From positions 1,757-65,756 of the forward strand of contig JAZOWO010000131.1 of NCBI GenBank assembly GCA_045659265.1: a stretch of 64,000 bases of DNA, given 5' to 3'. This document shows, in pieces, positions 49,170 to 57,914 of the stretch. The position numbers and the translations under genes are program-made. The notes below the pieces were generated by a model that was not told the origin of the DNA, searched no databases, and saw only the letters and a list, made by a program, of their open reading frames with translations. The stretch's first letter is position 1; each line of letters begins with the position of its first letter. Source of the stretch: Clostridia bacterium. GTDB taxonomy: Bacteria; Bacillota; Clostridia; TANB77; CAG-465.

Positions 49170-49369
49170 TATATTACATATTAGTGCTTACAGCAGGAAT
49201 ATTAATAGATGTAAAAGATTTGAAACAGTCTAATAATAAAAGTGATTTAATCTTTTACATATTGTTAACAATACTAGCTTTAGGTTTAGGTATATATTAT
49301 TATTTAGATCCAACAAGACAAGGTATTTCAGAATATGTTATTAGACTGCTTCATATGGAAGGGGTGTAG
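49157..49369 (+). CDS. Small 2-TM membrane protein inside the ger operon
   Basis: The 70-aa ORF overlaps the GerC stop and ends 2 nt before the GerB start. Confidence 0.4.
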   Translation: MEQMIYYILVLTAGILIDVKDLKQSNNKSDLIFYILLTILALGLGIYYYLDPTRQGISEYVIRLLHMEGV

Positions 49370-49371
49370 AT

Positions 49372-50493
49372 ATGAGTAAAGATAAAATATCTATGTTTCA
49401 AGTAACAGCAATGTTTATGCTTCTAGTTATAGCTCCAATTGTTAGAGGATTTCCTGTAAGAGCTGCAGGAATAGGTGGTAAAGCTGCTTGGGTTTCAGCA
49501 ATAGTTAGTATAATTCCAAACATATTAATTGTGCTTATAGTACATAGTTTAATGAATAATGTAAAAAGGAAAGATGGAAAAATATTAGAAAGTTTAACAG
49601 ATGTATTTGATGCCGTATTTGGTAAAGTTATAGGCTCAATACTTGCAGTAGTATATGTAGCTTGGCTAGTATTTTGGGCGGCAATAGAATTAAGACTTGT
49701 TGCAGAAAGATTAACTTCAACAATGTTAATATATACTCCATATAGATTTTTCTTAATTACAATGCTAATAGTAATATTCTTCTTTGTAAGGGGAAATATA
49801 AAAAGCTATGGTAGATTTGCAGAAGTAATGTTAGAACTATTTGGACTGGTTTTAATATTCATTTGTTTTACTGTACTACCAAATATAGAGATAAAAAACT
49901 TATGGCCAGTTACAACTAGTGATACTAAAAATATACTTTTAGCAAGTACACAAAGTACAGGACTTTTTAGTATATTTACATTTTCAATGTTTATTGGAAA
50001 CAAGATAGAAGATAAAGGCAAAATTAAAAAATATGGTATAGGTGCAGCGATAGCAACAGGTATAGTCGGAGCAATTGGAACTGCAATAACAATAGGAATA
50101 TTTAGCCCAGAAGTAGTATCTTCTTTATCTCAACCGTTCTTTATGGCACTTAAAGTAATAAACGTATTTGGAGTGTTAGAAAGAATAGAAGCAATATTTA
50201 TAACATTTTGGATAGTAGCAGACTTTATGGCTGTATCTTACTGTATACTAATGGCAACAAATATTTGTAAGATAAAATGTAAGTTAAGTAATAGAAGAAT
50301 AACAGTAACGCCAATAATGTTAATACTATATATTCTTTCAATTATGATAGCAAATAGTTATTTCTCGCTTCAGTTAGTAGCAGCAGATATATGTTTAACA
50401 TTACATCTTGTATTCGGTTTGGCAATACCATTTGTTACATACATAGTAGCTAAAGGAAGAAATATGATAACAAAGACAAGTAGTGAAGTATAA
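49372..50493 (+). CDS. Spore germination receptor B subunit (GerAB-like; APC-superfamily permease)
   Basis: It has 10 TM segments and the MSKDKISMFQV N-terminus typical of GerAB. Confidence 0.8.
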   Translation: MSKDKISMFQVTAMFMLLVIAPIVRGFPVRAAGIGGKAAWVSAIVSIIPNILIVLIVHSLMNNVKRKDGKILESLTDVFDAVFGKVIGSILAVVYVAWLVFWAAIELRLVAERLTSTMLIYTPYRFFLITMLIVIFFFVRGNIKSYGRFAEVMLELFGLVLIFICFTVLPNIEIKNLWPVTTSDTKNILLASTQSTGLFSIFTFSMFIGNKIEDKGKIKKYGIGAAIATGIVGAIGTAITIGIFSPEVVSSLSQPFFMALKVINVFGVLERIEAIFITFWIVADFMAVSYCILMATNICKIKCKLSNRRITVTPIMLILYILSIMIANSYFSLQLVAADICLTLHLVFGLAIPFVTYIVAKGRNMITKTSSEV

Positions 50494-50589
50494 GACACTA
50501 CTTGTCTTTGCTTTATGTTGTGATATAATAAAACATAAATAATTCGCGTAAAAAACAAAGTGTTTTATAGAAGAATACGGAGGAGAAAA

Positions 50590-51522
50590 ATGAAGAAAAA
50601 TAGTGAAAATAAAAAGCAAATTTCTGGAGAAAAGAACCATGTAAATAGCAAATTTGAAGAAGTAAAGGATTTTGCCAAAAGCAAGTTGGCACCAACACTT
50701 AAAAAAACAGCGATAGAAACTAAGGATTCTATTGTTAAAGTTTCTAACAAAGTTGCTGATAAAGTAAAAACAAGCATAACTGAAAAGCAAATATTAGAAA
50801 TATTGGATTCGCTATATGTTAAATCTATTAATGGTATACCAAAAGTAAGTTTGCCGGTGGATGATTTAGTAGCTGATTATATGAAAAAGAGTTCCAATGT
50901 TGAAGCTGCGGCTAAATCTTTAATTAATAATTCTATTGTAAAGTGTGGAACATCTGGATTTATAACTGGTTTTGGAGGATTTGCTACGATGATAGCTACA
51001 TTACCGGCTAATATAACAAGTGTAATGTATGTTCAAGTTAGAATGTGCTGTGCTATTGCTAAAATGGGCGGATATGATATACATTCTGATCAAGTGCAGA
51101 CAATGATATATGCATGCTTAACAGGTTCGGCTGTGAGTGATGTGTTAAAACAAGCGGGCATTAAATTTGGAACAAAGTTTGGTACAGCTATGGTTAAGAA
51201 AATACCAGGAAAAACATTAACCGCGATAAATCAAAAAGTTGGTTTTAGATTTGTTACAAAATTTGGACAAACAGGAGTTGTAAATTTAGGCAAAGTAGTT
51301 CCTGTTTTAGGAGCTGTTATTGGTGGCGGAATAGATGTTGCTAGTACTCGTATAATAGGGTATAATGCGTATAAGATATTTATAAAAGGTGAAATGCCTA
51401 TAAAAGAGGAAGCTGAAAAAGAAGTTTGTATAGACGGAAGTGAGTTGGATATTAAAATTGAAGATATAGATACGCAAACATTAGATGAAGCAATAAGAAA
51501 TAATGTGACAATAAAAGAGTAG
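50590..51522 (+). CDS. EcsC-family protein
   Basis: It has the EcsC core (…GFITGFGGFATM…VQVRMC…). ATG follows the RBS ggaggag. Confidence 0.65.
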   Translation: MKKNSENKKQISGEKNHVNSKFEEVKDFAKSKLAPTLKKTAIETKDSIVKVSNKVADKVKTSITEKQILEILDSLYVKSINGIPKVSLPVDDLVADYMKKSSNVEAAAKSLINNSIVKCGTSGFITGFGGFATMIATLPANITSVMYVQVRMCCAIAKMGGYDIHSDQVQTMIYACLTGSAVSDVLKQAGIKFGTKFGTAMVKKIPGKTLTAINQKVGFRFVTKFGQTGVVNLGKVVPVLGAVIGGGIDVASTRIIGYNAYKIFIKGEMPIKEEAEKEVCIDGSELDIKIEDIDTQTLDEAIRNNVTIKE

Positions 51523-51566
51523 ACAATAAAAAATAACTACTGATATCTTATCGGTAGTTATTTTTA

Positions 51567-51782
51567 TTATGAGTATATATTAGACTCATCCACTATTTTA
51601 TCTATTTCGGTTATTAATAAATCTACATAGTTAAGAATGCTATAATAAATTAGAATATCTTCCTTATGTAATTTTCTTTCTGTTTCTTTAAAATTATTTT
51701 GATATATATTTTCAAGCTCTGTGTATATTGGCTCAAATTTATTTGGATCTTGTTTTCTTCTTAATTTGGTTTTTGTATACAT
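51567..51782 (-). CDS. Small hypothetical protein
   Basis: The 71-aa ORF lies between terminators; no motifs were found. Confidence 0.3.
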   Translation of the reverse strand: MYTKTKLRRKQDPNKFEPIYTELENIYQNNFKETERKLHKEDILIYYSILNYVDLLITEIDKIVDESNIYS

Positions 51783-51932
51783 ATTTAACCTCCATATTTT
51801 AATAATACAACTGTATCATTAAAATTAAAGCATGTAAAGAAAATTAACTAGTTCATTTTAATATAGATTCCTTGTCTTTTGCGTAGGATATAGTATAATT
51901 TACTCTAGAGAAAGATAAAGAATGGAGAATAT

Positions 51933-52673
51933 ATGTTACTGTATAGAGATTTAGGTGGAATAAAAAATAAAGAGGGAAAGACAATAAAAAAAGGTATAAT
52001 TGTACGTGGAAAAAGTCTATATAAAATAAAGAAAGAAGATATAGAACAAATAAAATCATATAACTTAGCTAAAGTAATAGATTTAAGAACTGCAGTCGAA
52101 GCGGACGAAAAACCAAATAAAATAATAGATGGTATAAAATATTTGCATATGCCAATATTCAAAGAAAAGACAGCTGGAATAACTCATGAAAAAGAAGAAA
52201 ATAAATTAAAAATGTTAAAGAATATGGTTAGTATAGAGAATCTATATAAGCTAATGGTTACAGATAAATATTCAATAGAACAACTAAAGAATATAATTCA
52301 CGAGATAATTAATTCAGACACATATCCAGTGCTATTTCATTGCACAGCAGGAAAAGATAGAACTGGTGTAGTGGCAATGTTGTTATTAAACATCTTAGAT
52401 GTAGATGAAAAAACAATAATGAGCAACTATTTAGAAATAAACAAAAAGCATAAACCTAAAGCAAATTTATTTTATGTATTAATTAATGTTCTTATGTGGA
52501 ACAAAGAGTTAGCTAAAAAAGCTAGAAGCTATTATATGGTACATGAATCATATTTAGAGACAGCAATAGAAGCAATAAAAGAAACATACGGAACAATGGA
52601 AAATTATATAAAAGAAGCGCTAGGTGTTACAGATGAAATGAAACAAGCATTTAAGAATAAGGTGTTAGCATAG
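51933..52673 (+). CDS. Protein-tyrosine phosphatase (CX5R family)
   Basis: It carries the HCTAGKDRTG P-loop. Confidence 0.8.
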   Translation: MLLYRDLGGIKNKEGKTIKKGIIVRGKSLYKIKKEDIEQIKSYNLAKVIDLRTAVEADEKPNKIIDGIKYLHMPIFKEKTAGITHEKEENKLKMLKNMVSIENLYKLMVTDKYSIEQLKNIIHEIINSDTYPVLFHCTAGKDRTGVVAMLLLNILDVDEKTIMSNYLEINKKHKPKANLFYVLINVLMWNKELAKKARSYYMVHESYLETAIEAIKETYGTMENYIKEALGVTDEMKQAFKNKVLA

Positions 52674-52728
52674 TAAATAGAAATTAATATATAAATAATA
52701 AGTATAGAGTTTAATATTGGAGAGATAA

Positions 52729-53688
52729 ATGATGGAAAATAAAAGTAAAATTTTAATTATAATTGCTGCTTTTACATTTTTAGTAGGAATTTGCGCTGAA
52801 GATGTAGCAACATGCTCTATTTGCCTCACAATTGCATTTATAATTGCCTTTTTATCACTAAAGAAGCATCTTGAGATAAAAGCTGAGCAAGTTTATAAAG
52901 AAAAATGTGATTCTAAAATGAAAAGTATAGAGGATTTACAAAAGGAATTTGATTTATTAAAATTAGAGTATGAAAAATTAAATACATTAAAAAATACGAA
53001 TTTTGATGAAGAATTTTTGAAGAAGAACAAGGAGTTTGATGTTCTATTTTCACAAACTGAAGAATTAAGAAATATTTTTAATGAGTATAATGTAAAGTAT
53101 GATGAGTTAAAAAAAGATGTGGATGAAAAGCAGGCAGATTTAGTCAATCTTGAAAATGATAAAAAGAAAATAAAAGACGAATGTGAAATGCTAAAATCTG
53201 AAAAAGCAGTACTACTTAATAAAAAGAACGATGTAGAACACGAGATAGATTGTTTAAATGAAAAAATTGCAATGTTATTACCAAAAGTTCCTAAAATATA
53301 TGAAGTGAGCTTGGAAACTATTGATAATATGGATGGTTTCGCTTTTGAGTTCTTTATTAAAGAATTATTGGATAAAATTAGTTATAAAAATGTTACTGTT
53401 ACAAATGGTAGTGGTGATTTCGGAATAGATGTCATTGCGGAAAAAGATGGTATTAAGTATGGATTTCAATGTAAGTTATATAGCGATAAAGTAGGGAATA
53501 GTGCTGTGCAAGAAGCATATGCTGGAAAAATGCATTATGGATGTAACACTGCTATAGTAATTACAAATAATTATTTTACAAATGCAGCAATATCTCAAGC
53601 TGAAGAAACAGGAGTTGTATTGTGGGATAGAGATATGCTTGTTAATATGATGAAAGAAGCAAAAATAAATTCTAGATTTTCTAACTAA
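52729..53688 (+). CDS. Membrane-anchored coiled-coil protein with a C-terminal Mrr-cat restriction-endonuclease-like domain
   Basis: It has an N-terminal TM segment, a K/E-rich coiled coil of about 150 aa, and a C-terminus …GDFGIDVIAEKDGIKYGFQCKLYSDKVGNSAVQEAYAG… with the (D/E)…QCK motif of PF04471. Confidence 0.6.
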   Translation: MMENKSKILIIIAAFTFLVGICAEDVATCSICLTIAFIIAFLSLKKHLEIKAEQVYKEKCDSKMKSIEDLQKEFDLLKLEYEKLNTLKNTNFDEEFLKKNKEFDVLFSQTEELRNIFNEYNVKYDELKKDVDEKQADLVNLENDKKKIKDECEMLKSEKAVLLNKKNDVEHEIDCLNEKIAMLLPKVPKIYEVSLETIDNMDGFAFEFFIKELLDKISYKNVTVTNGSGDFGIDVIAEKDGIKYGFQCKLYSDKVGNSAVQEAYAGKMHYGCNTAIVITNNYFTNAAISQAEETGVVLWDRDMLVNMMKEAKINSRFSN

Positions 53689-53703
53689 AAATATATGAAG
53701 TTT

Positions 53704-53734
53704 TAAAGACTTGCAGTTTGCAGGTCTTTTTTTA
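53704..53734 (+). terminator. Rho-independent terminator
   Basis: The hairpin aaagacttgcag-tt-tgcaggtcttt is followed by a T-run. Confidence 0.75.
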
Positions 53735-53820
53735 GATTATAGAATATTTAAACACCAAATTATGTCAAACTAGTTAACAAATAGCCTTAAATATGGTATA
53801 ATTAAAGATAGGTGACTTTA

Positions 53821-54738
53821 ATGAAAAAGAATATAGTTATACTAACTATCCTTGTTATATGGGTAATCGTAGTATTAGTTATAGCAAGTATGGTAGAAAC
53901 TAAGAGAGATGAAAAATTAAATATTACAACATCATTTTATCCAATGTATGTTGCTACTTTAAATATAACTGATGGAGTAGAAGATGTAGAAGTTACAAAT
54001 CTAACAAAAGGAACAACTTCTTGTCTTCATGAGTACTCTTTAACTACAGAAGAGATGGTATCTTTAGTAGACAGTGATGCTCTAGTTATAAACGGAGCAG
54101 GAATGGAAGGATTTCTTTCAAATGTTATTTCTAATTATTCTAATTTAGAAATAATAGATTCTTCTAAAGGAATAGAGTTAATGGAAATGGAATGCCGTCA
54201 TAATCACAATCACGAAGGAGAAGAGAAAGAACATAACTCACATATATTTGTAAGTATAGAAAACTATATTAAACAAATAGAAAACATTACAGAAGGATTA
54301 GTTAAGATAGATAATAATAATGCAGAAAAGTATCTAAATAATTCTAGAGAATATATTAAAGAACTTGAAGAATTAAAAAAAGAAATAGAAAATACAATTA
54401 AATTTTTATCTAACAAAAACATAGTAACATTCCATGAGTCTTTTGATTACTTTGCCAAAGAATTTGGCTTAAATGTAGTAACTAAAATAGAGAAAGAGCA
54501 TGGAGAAGCAGCTAGTGCTAGTGAAATAGTACATATAGTAAAAGAAATAAAAGAACATAATGTGAAATGTATATTTGTTGAGACTGGATATAATGCAAGC
54601 ATTGCAAATACAATTGCAAAAGAAGCAAATGTTAAAGTATATGAGCTAAATCCAGTAATATCAGGTAATAATAATAAAGATGAATATATAAAAATAATGA
54701 GAGCTAACTTAGAAGTTATTAAAGAAGCTTTGAAGTAG
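53821..54738 (+). CDS. znuA: Metal (Zn/Mn) ABC transporter substrate-binding protein, TroA/ZnuA family
   Basis: It has the cluster-9 SBP fold and a His-rich loop RHNHNHEGEEKEHNSH. Confidence 0.8.
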   Translation: MKKNIVILTILVIWVIVVLVIASMVETKRDEKLNITTSFYPMYVATLNITDGVEDVEVTNLTKGTTSCLHEYSLTTEEMVSLVDSDALVINGAGMEGFLSNVISNYSNLEIIDSSKGIELMEMECRHNHNHEGEEKEHNSHIFVSIENYIKQIENITEGLVKIDNNNAEKYLNNSREYIKELEELKKEIENTIKFLSNKNIVTFHESFDYFAKEFGLNVVTKIEKEHGEAASASEIVHIVKEIKEHNVKCIFVETGYNASIANTIAKEANVKVYELNPVISGNNNKDEYIKIMRANLEVIKEALK

Positions 54739-54749
54739 GAGGGAATACG

Positions 54750-55478
54750 TTGGAAAGAAACGATTGTAAACATTGCTGTACAAAAGTAGATAAGCTAACT
54801 GTAAAAATAGAAGACACTACAATATTAGATGAAATATCTATGCATATGCATTGTAATGAAACAACAATGCTTGTAGGTAAAAACGGTGCAGGCAAATCTA
54901 CATTAGTTAGAGCGATTCTAAATGAAGTGCCATACGAAGGAAGCATTAGCTTTTCTAGTAAACACAACAATAGTACAAAATTAACAATAGGTTATGTACC
55001 ACAAAAAATAGAAATAGAAGCATCACCAATGAGTGTTTATGATTTTATAGCAAGCGTAACAGGGCGTGGTCCAGTCTGCTTCTATAAATCTAAGAAACAA
55101 TATGTAAAGATACTTGAACACCTAAAGGAATTTGGTGCAGAAAAATTAATAGACAAAAGAATGTGTGACTTATCTGGTGGACAAGTCCAAAGAGTATTAA
55201 TAGCAGCAGCTACAATGCCTTATCCAGAACTATTAATAATGGATGAGCCTGTGTCTGGTATAGATGCTAGTGGTAAACAAGATTTCTATAAATTAATTGA
55301 TGAAATTAAGAACACAAAAGATATTGCAATATTAATAATTTCTCATGATTTTGAATATGTAAGACAATATGCAGATAAAGTAGTGCTAATAAACAAGAAA
55401 GTATTAAAATCTGGAACGCCAGAACAAGTACTAACAAGTTCTGAATTTAAGAATGAATTTGGAATGGAGGTAGTATAG
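54750..55478 (+). CDS. znuC: Metal ABC transporter ATP-binding protein
   Basis: It has the Walker A motif GKNGAGKST, the signature LSGGQVQR and Walker B LLIMDEP. Confidence 0.85.
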   Translation: MERNDCKHCCTKVDKLTVKIEDTTILDEISMHMHCNETTMLVGKNGAGKSTLVRAILNEVPYEGSISFSSKHNNSTKLTIGYVPQKIEIEASPMSVYDFIASVTGRGPVCFYKSKKQYVKILEHLKEFGAEKLIDKRMCDLSGGQVQRVLIAAATMPYPELLIMDEPVSGIDASGKQDFYKLIDEIKNTKDIAILIISHDFEYVRQYADKVVLINKKVLKSGTPEQVLTSSEFKNEFGMEVV

Positions 55479-55479
55479 T

Positions 55480-56313
55480 ATGGAAATGATATATAACATA
55501 ATAGAATTTATATTACCTTTTAGCTTTATGGAATACGATTTTATGAAGAATGCATTACTTGCAATATTCATAATTTCACCGCTATTTGGATTAGTTGGAA
55601 GTATGATAGTAAACAACAAAATGTCATTCTTCTCAGACGCGTTAGGGCATTCTGCTTTAACAGGAATAGCACTTGGTGCGATACTTGGAATAAGTAATTA
55701 TTCCTTATCTATGGTAATATTTGCAGTAATATTTGCAATACTACTAAATTATATAAAGAACAAAAAAACAGCATCAACAGATACAATAATTAGTGTATTT
55801 TCATCTGTATCTATTGCGTTAGGACTAGTTCTTTTATCTAAATATGGCGGAATAAATAAATATTCTCAGTACTTAGTAGGAGATATATTAAGTGTAACTC
55901 TAAGCGAAATATTAATGCTGTTAATAATGTTAATAATTACAGTACTAATTTGGTGTAAATTATCCAACAAGTTAATAACAATAAGTACAGATGTATCTTT
56001 AGCTAGAGCTAAAGGAATAAAAGTACAAGTTATTGAAAATATATTTGGAGTACTTATTGCGGTGCTTGTAATGCTTACTATAAAATGGGTGGGTATCCTT
56101 TTAATAAACGCACTTCTTATATTACCAGCCGCAGCAGCAAGAAATATATCAGGGAATATGAGAGAATATACAATATATTCAATAATATTCTCATTAGTAG
56201 CTGGATTTACAGGATTAATTCTTTCATATGTATTTGCAGTAGCAACAGGTCCAACCATAGTAGTTATATCTGGAATAATGTATGCTATTACATTTATATT
56301 TAGAAAGAGATAA
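55480..56313 (+). CDS. znuB: Metal ABC transporter permease
   Basis: The 8-TM ABC-3 family permease is coupled to the ATPase gene. Confidence 0.8.
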   Translation: MEMIYNIIEFILPFSFMEYDFMKNALLAIFIISPLFGLVGSMIVNNKMSFFSDALGHSALTGIALGAILGISNYSLSMVIFAVIFAILLNYIKNKKTASTDTIISVFSSVSIALGLVLLSKYGGINKYSQYLVGDILSVTLSEILMLLIMLIITVLIWCKLSNKLITISTDVSLARAKGIKVQVIENIFGVLIAVLVMLTIKWVGILLINALLILPAAAARNISGNMREYTIYSIIFSLVAGFTGLILSYVFAVATGPTIVVISGIMYAITFIFRKR

Positions 56314-56325
56314 TTTAAATAAAGT

Positions 56326-56359
56326 AAAACCGTGTAGGAAATATCCTACACGGTTTCTT
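56326..56359. terminator. Bidirectional terminator
   Basis: The hairpin aaaccgtgtagga-aatat-cctacacggttt is flanked by T-runs. Confidence 0.75.
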
Positions 56360-56408
56360 AATGTGTTTTTTATTAAGTTTTAGTTTAACAATATTGTATT
56401 AACAATGT

Positions 56409-57914
56409 TTAACCGTTAACCGCTTTAGCAAAAAGCTTAAGCAGAGAGGTTATAGCGAGTCTGTTGTAAGGAGCAAGCTCTTGTTTGGATGCTGTCCAAC
56501 TTCTGAAGGCTTCCTTAAGGCCATCTTTTACGACATCTTCTGTAAGTTCAGAGTTTGTCTTCATAACTTCAGCGATGATGTTTTCGTAAGTGATTCGCTT
56601 AATAGAAGTAGAAGCAAGGAATGCTTCGTTAATAAGCGGATTATCTGTAGGCATACCGATTGCTTCAAGGAAGGTACGAGTATTACCTAAAATAGAACCG
56701 CCTACTTCAATTTGCTTTAGCGCATCTCCAACAACCACAAGAATAACATCTTCTGCTGTTTGTCCTTTGGGAAGGGTAGATGAAACAACTTCAGAAGGAG
56801 TAGTTGTGGGATTGCTGGTTTCTGCTACCAATGAGGGTTCTTCAGTAAGAATGGGTTCGCTTGCTTCGGGCTCATCTTCAAAAATCATTTCGGGATCGGT
56901 GTCTTCAATATCTTCAAAGAGATGTTCGAAGTTTGCGCTGTAGTCTCTTGCTTTTGGAAGCAGTGTAACCAAATCGTACAAGAAATTAGGCTTTGCTTTT
57001 CCTACCACTGTCTGAAGTCTTTCTGCGCGCAGGTAGCGACCTTTATCCAGAAGAGCGGTGCCGCCGTAGTATTGCTCGTAGTAGTAATCTACATCGACAT
57101 CTCTGTGGAAGGTAATGTATACCTTTGCATCAATATCTTCGGTAGCTTTAGTGATAGGAACAATGTATACCATTTTGTCTGCGGTGATATCAAGGACGAT
57201 GCCAAGAACATGGCTGCCGTTGATTTCGCGCGGAAGATGAGTGCCGAAGTAACAGTCTACAACATCACCAACAGAGAATTCGATGATATTGGGGTCGGTG
57301 TACTTAAGACTCATCTCGCGAATCGCTGTCCAAATGTGGTTTACGATTTCTTTTTCGTTTCCGCATTGCTTATACATTGCCCAATAAGCTGTTCTAAGAA
57401 GCTTGTTCATAGCAGCTTCGATTGCAGGGTTCTGGAATTCGATTTTCTTAACGATAAGATCGTCTTCGCTCTGAGGACCGACTACCTTTTGCTCGGGCGG
57501 GAATACTTCTATAGAAACAACTTCGCGTTCACCGCTTTCTTCGCCTTGGAGTTCTTCGGTAGGAACTTCGCATCCTTCAGGGTGCTCTTCGGAAAATTCT
57601 GTGACAGAAACTACCTCGCGGTTGTCGCTAGGCTCCGTAGTTCCTTCAGGCGGAAATTCCACAATAGAAAGAACAGTATCTTCTTCGGGGAATTCTTCAT
57701 CTACAAGGTTGTCTACTTCTACACCCAAGAGTACATAGTACTCATTGATGAGATCAATAACAGGATCAATGAGATCGTCATGGACGTTCTCAACGGTGAC
57801 ATAACCGTTTTCTACATCAAGATAAAGCTTGCACTTTATCTTAGTAACCGCTTTAAGGAGCGGAGATATGTTTCCATCTTTGGGGCCGTTTACTTTAAAT
57901 GTGAGTCTATTCAT
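56409..57914 (-). CDS. Multidomain protein, paralogue B: a divergent MazF/PemK-like domain and a Spo0A-C-like C-terminus. GC-rich island.
   Basis: The middle region …VGDVVDCYFGTHLPREINGSHVLGIVLDITADKMVYIVPITKAT… fits the PemK/MazF pattern GD…G.E…RP.vV…P.T. The C-terminus …LEAIGMPTDNPLINEAFLA… parallels Spo0A_C. Its N-terminus is paralogous to the next gene. Confidence 0.5.
   Translation of the reverse strand: MNRLTFKVNGPKDGNISPLLKAVTKIKCKLYLDVENGYVTVENVHDDLIDPVIDLINEYYVLLGVEVDNLVDEEFPEEDTVLSIVEFPPEGTTEPSDNREVVSVTEFSEEHPEGCEVPTEELQGEESGEREVVSIEVFPPEQKVVGPQSEDDLIVKKIEFQNPAIEAAMNKLLRTAYWAMYKQCGNEKEIVNHIWTAIREMSLKYTDPNIIEFSVGDVVDCYFGTHLPREINGSHVLGIVLDITADKMVYIVPITKATEDIDAKVYITFHRDVDVDYYYEQYYGGTALLDKGRYLRAERLQTVVGKAKPNFLYDLVTLLPKARDYSANFEHLFEDIEDTDPEMIFEDEPEASEPILTEEPSLVAETSNPTTTPSEVVSSTLPKGQTAEDVILVVVGDALKQIEVGGSILGNTRTFLEAIGMPTDNPLINEAFLASTSIKRITYENIIAEVMKTNSELTEDVVKDGLKEAFRSWTASKQELAPYNRLAITSLLKLFAKAVNG

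Noticed and set aside
53736-53820. Possible Zur box upstream of the znu-like operon
   Set aside because: A TTAACA-17-TATAAT promoter was found, but no convincing AAATCGTAAT-N-ATTACGATTT-type palindrome. The call is left open.
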